Origin: Polyangia bacterium
GTDB lineage: Bacteria; Myxococcota_A; Polyangia; JAAYKL01
Length of the DNA stretch: 62,761 nucleotides
NCBI GenBank assembly: GCA_050287845.1
Contig: JBNKCR010000038.1
Span: forward strand, 1-62,761
Direction: 5' to 3'
Shown piece by piece: positions 29,028-37,058 of this stretch. Below the pieces are notes generated by a model that saw only the letters and a list, made by a program, of their open reading frames with translations, did not search any database and was not told the origin of the DNA. Position 1 is the first letter of the stretch; each line of letters opens with the position of its first letter. Position numbers and translations under genes: made by a program.

Positions 29028-31505
29028 TTACGCCCGGGATGCGAGCTGACCCTGTTCTTTGAGAATTTCTACAATTCGTTTTGCCGCTTCTTTGCGTCCG
29101 GCTTTTTTGGCGGGTGCCGGCACTGCCTGGGTTTCGATTTTTTTGCCGTTTTCCAAAATGGCATATCCGACGATTTCAAATTGCGGCTGGTGCGTTGGGC
29201 CCCTTACGTCGATGGTTTTGTACCCAAAATCTGTCAACAGTCCCAATTGACGCATTTCGTTGAGCAGCATCATCGGATCCCTCGCAGGCGCGCCTGAGTT
29301 TGTGGCAGCGCGCGAATCCCCATCAACAGTTGCGGGTTCTTTTTCGGCGGACGCAGTGCCTGATGTCTGAATCGCATCGGTTTCAATCTGTTTCAGCAAT
29401 TCCTGAGCGGCAGCCTGTTCGCCGGTTTTTTGCGCCGCATGGCTGAACCATCCGGTTTCGATAATCCGATTGTCGTTCAGCGTAAGTGCTGCTTTCACAC
29501 AATATCCGTCAATAACGACCTTTGCCGAATAGTCAGGGGCTTCCATTCTGTGGGCCGCGCACCATTGGAAAAGCCTGCCTTTGAGATTTTGCTGTTTCAA
29601 TATCACTGCGTTATCATCGCTGACAACAATGGTCTGTTCAGTCCCCTGCAGCTCAGTTGTAACTATCCTGCACAGTGCCCGGGCCGCCAGTTGCTCGGCC
29701 ACCCGTTTTGCCGCAGCGCGCTGGACGCCGCTTTCGAGTCGGTTGCCGTTCAATTGCAAAAACATCTCTGCCGTATGAAAAGCGCTGTCCACCGCTATTG
29801 TGGTTTCCGGTGGCGCAATGCCGGCACGCATACAGAATTCCAGCAGCCTGCCCTTGGGATTTTCATGCCTGAGCGATTGTTCGAGCGCCGCTTCTGCTGG
29901 AAACGCGCTGCTGTTTGACGGCGTGAGCACATGGAGCAGTCGGCGGCGCACATCGTCTCTTTTCACCAGTTCGAGCTGTTCGAGTTCGCCGATAAAGGCA
30001 TCCAGCGTTCGCGCATCCACTTTTCGACCGAACCACGCCGCTGCGACGTCCCCGGCATGAACAGCCCGGTCTGTGGGCGGTCCCAGCAGCGCTCTCCCCG
30101 ATGCCCGATCGAGTCGGCGCGTTTGACGGACGGCGTGATGGGAGCGACGCTTTGGATATCCGCGAGAAATCGTCTGACCGTTCCGGCCCATCATTTTATC
30201 TGAAACGCTACAGCCATCGGATAGCGATTTGATGGCGTCCGCATCCCCGTGGACAAAGGCAATACTTCGGGGACGAAGGCTCTCAATCAATCCAAGCATC
30301 TGCATGCGATCCGCATGAGCCGAAAGCCCGTATTTTTCGAATCGGCATTTTACAGGCCAGGTCCGTCCGTCAATGCTGATTTCGCGGCTGTCCTCGTTTT
30401 CTTCAGCCAAATCAAGCAACGCTTTACCGGGGGATTCCTCGTCCTGGTAGCCGGTAATTAAAATGGCGTCGTTTGAATTTCGCACCATTTGCTTCGCATA
30501 GTGCGTCGAAGCGCCGCCGGACAACATCCCGCTGGATGCCACAATCACACATGGCCCGTTTTCCAGAGCGGCAGTTCTATCTGCCGGGCGCATCACCTGT
30601 GTGATGCCATTGGTGAAAAAGGGATGGGACGCTTTTTTAATTTCGTGATGCAATCCCCTTGGAACATACTTTTCGTTTCGGCCGTACACTTCGCACACCG
30701 AACGCACCATCCCGTCCACATACACTGGTATCTCCGGCAGGGTTCCGTTGCGAAGCGCACGCTTCAGAATCAACAGTATTTCCTGAGCCCTGCCCACGGC
30801 AAAGGCGGGAATGAGAACCCGTCCGCCGTTATGAAGCACTTCTTCTATGCGGGTGATAAGCCCCTGTTCAGCGGTGTTTCTATCTTCGTGAAAGCGATTG
30901 CCATAGGTGGCCTCGGTGATCATCATGTCAGTATGGAGGCTGGGACGGTCCAGGGAGGGAACAGTCAGCTGCGCGCTGACACTGTAATCTCCGGTAAACA
31001 GAAAGTTGCCGGCCGGGGTGTCCAGATGCACCATGGACGCGCCCAGAATATGGCCGGCCGGTAAAAAGGTAACAACAATATCGTTTACAAACACCTGCTT
31101 TCCATAATGTACCGGGACAAATGCACCGCTCACCCGGGTCACCTGCTTCTCGGCGTACAGGGGAATTTCCGCCTCCCTGTCTTCGGTGGACATAATTTTC
31201 AGCGCGTCCCGAAGCAGGATCATTGTGATATCAATAGTGGGCGGCGTTGCATAGATTGGCGCATTCGGCCAGGCGTCGCTCACAACCGGCAGTCCGCCCG
31301 TGTGATCCGTGTGCGCGTGGGTAACAACAATGGCATCCAGCTTTTTACCTTGAAGCGCCGCCAGATTCGGTAGCGCGCTTTGTGAACGAAACCGCACGCC
31401 GCAATCCACCAGCAGCCTGGTCTCCCCAACCTCGACGAGTGTACATGAAGCGCCAATTTCTCCTGCCCCGCCTAAAAATGTGATTTTTGCCTGTGGTTCG
31501 GTCAA
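29028..31505 (-). CDS. beta-CASP (CPSF73/YSH1-like) metallo-nuclease fused to three C-terminal dsRNA-binding-like motifs
   Basis: DCG, THAHTDH, AGHILG, FTGD, EATYG, SAHAD, VHGD; then NPKGRLLEFC..KRVAEQLAA, NLKGRLFQWC..KTGEQAAA, DPMMLLNE..GPTHQPQF..KKAGRKEAA. Confidence 0.88.
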   Translation of the reverse strand: MTEPQAKITFLGGAGEIGASCTLVEVGETRLLVDCGVRFRSQSALPNLAALQGKKLDAIVVTHAHTDHTGGLPVVSDAWPNAPIYATPPTIDITMILLRDALKIMSTEDREAEIPLYAEKQVTRVSGAFVPVHYGKQVFVNDIVVTFLPAGHILGASMVHLDTPAGNFLFTGDYSVSAQLTVPSLDRPSLHTDMMITEATYGNRFHEDRNTAEQGLITRIEEVLHNGGRVLIPAFAVGRAQEILLILKRALRNGTLPEIPVYVDGMVRSVCEVYGRNEKYVPRGLHHEIKKASHPFFTNGITQVMRPADRTAALENGPCVIVASSGMLSGGASTHYAKQMVRNSNDAILITGYQDEESPGKALLDLAEENEDSREISIDGRTWPVKCRFEKYGLSAHADRMQMLGLIESLRPRSIAFVHGDADAIKSLSDGCSVSDKMMGRNGQTISRGYPKRRSHHAVRQTRRLDRASGRALLGPPTDRAVHAGDVAAAWFGRKVDARTLDAFIGELEQLELVKRDDVRRRLLHVLTPSNSSAFPAEAALEQSLRHENPKGRLLEFCMRAGIAPPETTIAVDSAFHTAEMFLQLNGNRLESGVQRAAAKRVAEQLAARALCRIVTTELQGTEQTIVVSDDNAVILKQQNLKGRLFQWCAAHRMEAPDYSAKVVIDGYCVKAALTLNDNRIIETGWFSHAAQKTGEQAAAQELLKQIETDAIQTSGTASAEKEPATVDGDSRAATNSGAPARDPMMLLNEMRQLGLLTDFGYKTIDVRGPTHQPQFEIVGYAILENGKKIETQAVPAPAKKAGRKEAAKRIVEILKEQGQLASRA

Positions 31506-31604
31506 AGTTGCCTGCCTTTCCCAAAAACAATCTGGTGTACGTTAGTCAAATTGTGTTTTATGGCAACTGAGAAAAACCGATTGGCGCACAGGAGGCCAAT
31601 GCAG

Positions 31605-34600
31605 ATGAATTTAGAAAAAGAAAGATCCCGAATACGTGAACTCGAAACAACAACGCGTCAGATTCTGTGGCTGTGCGCGGTGGCTGATCGTACTTTTTAT
31701 CGGCACGACCTGCATGATTTTGCCCAGAGATTCGGATGGGCTGTAAAAAAAGGGAAAAAGATATTGGCAAAGGATGTCAGCGCGATTGTCGATGACTTGC
31801 TGGAAAAGAAATATATGGATGGCAGCTCTTACAATAGTGTGGTCATCAATGATGACATCCAGGATCTCGCCACCCAGGACGCCCTCGAAAACGGCGCTTT
31901 TAAACCTCTGATAAAGGGAATTCGAGAGAAATACAAATGGCAGTTCTCCTCCCATAGCGAACGGTATGATCTGCGGAACGCTTTTTATACAGGCGACGCA
32001 GATACCTTCCTGGATGCGGTTTCTCCCAAAAAAACATATGCGGAATTAAATCTGCTGCACCCGTTTAACAAAAATATATTCGGGCGACTGCCGGATGCCC
32101 TGAAAAAATGGTACCTCATTGACACTGCGCCGCCCGCGCTGACACTCTGCAATAAAAATACGGATTTCTGGGATGCGATGGATGCGCTGGTTTCGGACGC
32201 AGATGCACTGGACGCGCCTGTTGTGGCAACCGCTCTCGATGTGGGGTTGGCCAGAGGCGATGTGAATCTATTGACCGCACTTGACGGGAAAACCAAAGGG
32301 AAACACCCCGAAATCCGCGCCTGTATTTCATTGCTGAAAGGGGATGCCGCTACGTTCATGGAGATGCTGCAGCCTATGATGCCGGGCGGCAAACGCCGTG
32401 GCAAACTCGGCACAGCTTATCGGTTGCCGGGGCTCTGGGTGGTGCTCAATTTGCTTGCCCGGGGAACCGGCGATGCCCTGATGCAGGCTGACACAATCTA
32501 TAACACCGCTACAAATTACCAGGGGCGATATGTTACCCTCATGCATGCCGCGAATATCGGGATAGAGTTCAAACAGTCGCCGTCTCAGGTTTCTCTGTTT
32601 GTCGCGCGTCTGAAGCATTGCTGCAAATCTTCTTTGTCTACACTGGTTGCCGGGTACATTGCCGCCTGGTGCCTCACCCCGAAGGATGGGAAGCTGGAAC
32701 CCAAAGCGTTATTGGAGGCCGCCAACTCATTTGAGGCGCTGCACCTGGACTGGTTTGCCGCGGAAATGTTCGGTCTGGTGGGCCGGTTGTTTCCGAAAAC
32801 CGATACGGCGCATGCAGAAAAGAGTCAGAGGATTCACGACCGGCTGGGCACGGCGAGCATGATCGATCTGTCTGTCGCGGCGCCGCAGTGGCGCCGGTCT
32901 CTGGACGCGATTGTCGAGCTGGCGGGCTGCGAGACGAACACGAATGCCGACACCGGCACAGCAGGAGAGCGACTGATTTGGGAGTGGGACCCCGAATACG
33001 GTCCAGCCGACCTGGAACCTTTTCATCAGAAAAAAACAGGGGGAAAATGGACCAGAGGGCGAAAAGTGGCGCTTTCCCGTCTGTATGAAAATTTCACGAA
33101 TAAATCGCAGTTTGGTTTTCTGACCGAACAGGATGTGGCCATCTGCAAAACGATGGAAACGTACGTTACCCGCAACTACAGCTATTATCCCGAGACGCAC
33201 TACACGTTCAATCCAAACGATATCGCCATGGCGCTGGTAGACCATCCGCGTGTTTTTCTGCCCGGTGAACGGGACATTCCCCTCGAAATAAAAAGGCAGA
33301 CACCGCAGCTGAAAATTGCCCGTTCAAAAAACGGGGGCATCGCGCTTTCCATGGTGCCTCAACCGAAAGACCTCCTGTGCTCTTATCATATTTGCGTCGA
33401 ATCCGAACGACGCGTATCCATTGTATTGTTCAGTGACAGGCAGCTTGCGCTGGGCAAATTGCTGGACGGCAAGTTGAATGCGCCGGCCGGAGCCGCTGAA
33501 GAGGTGATGGCATCAGCGAAAAAAATCGCGTCCATTATCCCGGTGCATTCTGAGATTGATTCGATATCTTCCGAGGCGGCGCCCACAGGAGAACAGGTGA
33601 CTGCGGATGCCACGGTGCATATTCACTTTTCGCCGCTGAATGACGGGCTTCAGGCGGAATTTTTTGTGTATCCGTTTGACAACCAGCCGCTGATGTATTC
33701 CCCGGGGCAGGGGGGCGCCAGTGTATTTGCCAATATTGATGGCCGGCCCTCTGTCGCCATTCGAAATTTAAAAGAGGAAATCGAAAAAAGGGATGCGCTG
33801 CTCGCCACCTGTCCCATGCTGACGACGTATGCCGAGAGCGATACCCTGTTTTACATGCCCACCGCCACGGCCGCCCTTGATGTGTTGCAGGAACTGGAAC
33901 CCGTGGTTGACCGGAAACAGGTGGTGCTTCACTGGCCTAAGGGGAAACCGCTTTCGCTGGTTGGCCGGGCATGCACAAACGGATTGCGACTGCACATTCG
34001 CAAAGACAGGGACATGTTCGCGGCGTCAGGCAAGTTGACTGTCAATCCAGAACTCTCTCTCGATTTGCTGCAGCTGATTGACCTGTTGGAGAGCAGCCCA
34101 TCACGGTACGTGGAATTGGAAAAGGGACGATTTGTAGCGCTTACAGATGCGTTGCGGCAGTATATTGAAGCGCTGTCACTTTATGGCAACCGGCACGCCA
34201 CAAAAGACAGGTTGCAGTTTCCCAAATCGAGAGCCATGATGTTCGACACCGAAGGGGCGGATGTCAAGGTCCGCACCGATAAACACTGGAAAGAATGGAA
34301 AGCGCAAATCCGTGCGGCGGGCACGCTGCAAATTCCTGTCCCTTCCACCCTGCAGGCCGAACTGCGCGACTATCAGAAAGACGGTTTCGTATGGATGGCG
34401 CGTCTCGCAGCGCTGGGCGCAGGTGCACTGCTGGCAGACGATATGGGGCTTGGCAAAACGATTCAGGCGTTGGCCCTTTTATTGCGCCGCGGGACGGCGG
34501 GGCCTTCGCTGGTGGTCGCGCCCACATCTGTTGCGGGGAACTGGAAAAGCGAAATCGAGCGCTTCGCTCCCACGCTCAATGTGCGTATGTTCGGCGATGG

Positions 34601-35726
34601 GAACCGGGCGGCCCAGTTGAAAAGCGCAGCAAAGCTTGACGTATTCGTTTGCTCCTATGGTCTGTTGCAGACGGAGTCAAAGCGACTGGGTGGCATCCAT
34701 TGGGCGACCGCTATTCTCGATGAGGCGCAATATATAAAAAACGAAGCCACAAAGCGATCTTCGGCAGCCAAAGGGTTGAAGGCGGACTTCCGGTTGATCA
34801 TGACTGGCACGCCGGTGGAAAATAATCTGAGCGAATTGTGGAATCTTATTGATTTTGTCAATCCGGGGTTGCTCGGGTCGGCGGAATCCTTTCAGGAACG
34901 GTTTATCACGCCCATTGAGGCAGATAACTGTAAATGGACGCGGCAAAGGCTCAAAAGACTGATTCAGCCGTACCTTCTCAGAAGAACCAAGGCCCAGGTG
35001 CTCGATGAGTTACCCGGTCGCACCGAAATCGTTCGCAAGGTTGTGCTCACTGCCGAGGAAGCCGCATTGTACGAAGCACTGCGCCAGAAAGCCATGGAAA
35101 AACTGAACCGCTCCAATGAGGGCAGCCCGGGACATATTCAGATTCTGGCCGAATTGATGCGCCTGCGTCGCGTCTGTTGTCATCCGCGGCTGATAATTGA
35201 CGACTGGAACATGCCCGGCGCCAAACTGGCATTGTTTCTGGAAACCATTGATGAGCTGGTGGCCAATCACCACAAGGTGCTGGTATTCAGCCAGTTTGTG
35301 GATCACCTGGCCATTTTAAGAGCGGAGATTGAGAAACGCGACATTCCGTATCAATACCTGGATGGCAGCACCCCGGCGCCCCGGCGAAAAGAGTGCATCG
35401 ACGCCTTTCAGGCAGGGGATGGCGATGTGTTTTTAATCAGTCTGAAAGCGGGTGGACTGGGCTTGAATCTCACCGCCGCTGACTACGTGATTCACATGGA
35501 TCCCTGGTGGAATCCCGCGGTGGAGGATCAGGCATCCGACCGGGCACACAGAATGGGACAAAAACGTCCGGTCACCATCTATCGTTTTATTGCGCAGGGC
35601 ACCGTTGAAGAAAAAATACAGGCGCTCCACAAAGAAAAACGCGCCCTCGCCGACAGTCTGCTGGAAGGGGCCGACATCAGCGGCAAATTGTCCGCCAGGG
35701 AATTGCTCAACCTGATTCGTGTATAG
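31605..35726 (+). CDS. SNF2/SWI2-family ATPase with long N-terminal extension
   Basis: LRDYQ, LADDMGLGKT, ILDEAQ, MTGTPVEN, LVFSQF, SLKAGGLGLNL, DRAHRMGQ; GGAGG at 31591 supports ATG 31605. Confidence 0.95.
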   Translation: MNLEKERSRIRELETTTRQILWLCAVADRTFYRHDLHDFAQRFGWAVKKGKKILAKDVSAIVDDLLEKKYMDGSSYNSVVINDDIQDLATQDALENGAFKPLIKGIREKYKWQFSSHSERYDLRNAFYTGDADTFLDAVSPKKTYAELNLLHPFNKNIFGRLPDALKKWYLIDTAPPALTLCNKNTDFWDAMDALVSDADALDAPVVATALDVGLARGDVNLLTALDGKTKGKHPEIRACISLLKGDAATFMEMLQPMMPGGKRRGKLGTAYRLPGLWVVLNLLARGTGDALMQADTIYNTATNYQGRYVTLMHAANIGIEFKQSPSQVSLFVARLKHCCKSSLSTLVAGYIAAWCLTPKDGKLEPKALLEAANSFEALHLDWFAAEMFGLVGRLFPKTDTAHAEKSQRIHDRLGTASMIDLSVAAPQWRRSLDAIVELAGCETNTNADTGTAGERLIWEWDPEYGPADLEPFHQKKTGGKWTRGRKVALSRLYENFTNKSQFGFLTEQDVAICKTMETYVTRNYSYYPETHYTFNPNDIAMALVDHPRVFLPGERDIPLEIKRQTPQLKIARSKNGGIALSMVPQPKDLLCSYHICVESERRVSIVLFSDRQLALGKLLDGKLNAPAGAAEEVMASAKKIASIIPVHSEIDSISSEAAPTGEQVTADATVHIHFSPLNDGLQAEFFVYPFDNQPLMYSPGQGGASVFANIDGRPSVAIRNLKEEIEKRDALLATCPMLTTYAESDTLFYMPTATAALDVLQELEPVVDRKQVVLHWPKGKPLSLVGRACTNGLRLHIRKDRDMFAASGKLTVNPELSLDLLQLIDLLESSPSRYVELEKGRFVALTDALRQYIEALSLYGNRHATKDRLQFPKSRAMMFDTEGADVKVRTDKHWKEWKAQIRAAGTLQIPVPSTLQAELRDYQKDGFVWMARLAALGAGALLADDMGLGKTIQALALLLRRGTAGPSLVVAPTSVAGNWKSEIERFAPTLNVRMFGDGNRAAQLKSAAKLDVFVCSYGLLQTESKRLGGIHWATAILDEAQYIKNEATKRSSAAKGLKADFRLIMTGTPVENNLSELWNLIDFVNPGLLGSAESFQERFITPIEADNCKWTRQRLKRLIQPYLLRRTKAQVLDELPGRTEIVRKVVLTAEEAALYEALRQKAMEKLNRSNEGSPGHIQILAELMRLRRVCCHPRLIIDDWNMPGAKLALFLETIDELVANHHKVLVFSQFVDHLAILRAEIEKRDIPYQYLDGSTPAPRRKECIDAFQAGDGDVFLISLKAGGLGLNLTAADYVIHMDPWWNPAVEDQASDRAHRMGQKRPVTIYRFIAQGTVEEKIQALHKEKRALADSLLEGADISGKLSARELLNLIRV

Positions 35727-35751
35727 CTTTAGAAATTAGAACTCATTCCCC

Positions 35752-35899
35752 CTGGATTTCCCTGCTGTAAAGGCAGGGCGGTCGAGTTCTGTTTTTTCCT
35801 GGGAACGCGGAGCTCCAGCTCCGCAAAAATCTGAATATTGCCGGGCGGAGCTGGAGCTCCGCGTTCCCGGATTGGCAGAACTGGATTTCCCTGCTGTAA
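35752..35899. repeat. REP doublet (24-bp perfect inverted repeat) flanked by 19-bp direct repeats
   Basis: GGGAACGCGGAGCTCCAGCTCCGC 35801-35824 with its reverse complement at 35845-35868; CTGGATTTCCCTGCTGTAA at 35752 and 35881. Confidence 0.85.
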
Positions 35900-35938
35900 C
35901 GGTTGCCTGCATGGTTTTTTTCCTTTATGCCATTTTAC

Positions 35939-36637
35939 ATGGCTCTCTCTATCCGGAAAAAAACGCGCACCATCAAAGAATCTGATTTGTACCTGCCAGT
36001 GAAGTCCCTGCTGACGAAACAGGGCTATGAGGTGAAAGGGGAGGTGAAGGGCTGCGATGTGCTGGCCAGGCGCGGCGACATTCTGGTGGCGGTGGAGATG
36101 AAACTCACCCTGAATCTCACTCTGTTGCTCCAGGCCAATGAGCGGGCGGACTCCGTCGACAACGTGTACATTGCCCTTCCGGCGGACAATGCCCTCTACA
36201 GAAGAAGCCGTCGGTCGTTACTCAAGCTGCTGCGCAAACTGGGGTTTGGCCTGATTGTGGTGGGCGCCACATTTAAACAGGCTGAAGTGGCGCTGGATCC
36301 AGGGCCCTATGTGCCTCGTCGTCAGAAAAAGAAGCGGGGCCGATTGCTCAAAGAGTTCGAAGAGCTGGTGGGAGATCCCAATGCGGGCGGCAGCTCCAAC
36401 CGCGTACGCCGGGTCACCGCCTATCGTCAGAAAGCGGTACGCATTGCCAGTCATCTGATGAACCATGGCGAAACCAAGGCCAGTCACGTGAGAGACGCTC
36501 TCCAGATAGAGAATGCCAGAGATGTGATGTATCAGAATCATTACGGATGGTTCGACCCCAGAGGGAATGGCATTTACGGATTAAGCGAGCGGGGCCGGCG
36601 GGAGCTGCCGGAATGGTTGAATCTGATATCGATTTGA
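35939..36637 (+). CDS. DUF2161 family putative PD-(D/E)XK nuclease-like protein
   Basis: KESDLYLPVK, GYEVKGEV.GCDV, VEMK, GDPNAGGS, TAYRQKA, NHYGWF. Confidence 0.85.
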   Translation: MALSIRKKTRTIKESDLYLPVKSLLTKQGYEVKGEVKGCDVLARRGDILVAVEMKLTLNLTLLLQANERADSVDNVYIALPADNALYRRSRRSLLKLLRKLGFGLIVVGATFKQAEVALDPGPYVPRRQKKKRGRLLKEFEELVGDPNAGGSSNRVRRVTAYRQKAVRIASHLMNHGETKASHVRDALQIENARDVMYQNHYGWFDPRGNGIYGLSERGRRELPEWLNLISI

Positions 36638-37058
36638 CTCGTTTCAACTGCGCCGCTTCGAGATGCGTTTTCGTCGTTTCAGTCAGAGTCGGATGCTTTC
36701 AGAAGTGGAAAAGGGTTTCATCTTCATCGGTCTCTGTGCCATTCTGTAACTGAAACATAACCAGGCGATTTATCGATGTGTGAGACGATGCATCTGTATC
36801 TTGATACGAACAATGTTTTTGTGAAACTGTATAATTTAAGTGTAGATATTTCGAATGATTTTGATTACCATTCGGGGATGGTATTAATCGTTACACGCAA
36901 TATAAATTGATTTCGACAAGGTATGTGAGAGTTTCAGTTCTTTTGTGTCGAATGAATTCTGTATAAAGCGTGATATTGATATTGAAATATCGGATGTGTT
37001 GCAACTTTGTACGATTTTATCGTGTTTTTGGGGAACAACTAAAGCTCAGGAGTGCAGA

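Noticed and set aside
36641..36940. Repeated GTTTCA/TGAAAC hexamers suggesting a CRISPR array
   Set aside because: Only 6 bp are shared, spacing is irregular (35, 39 bp and more), and no cas genes are present
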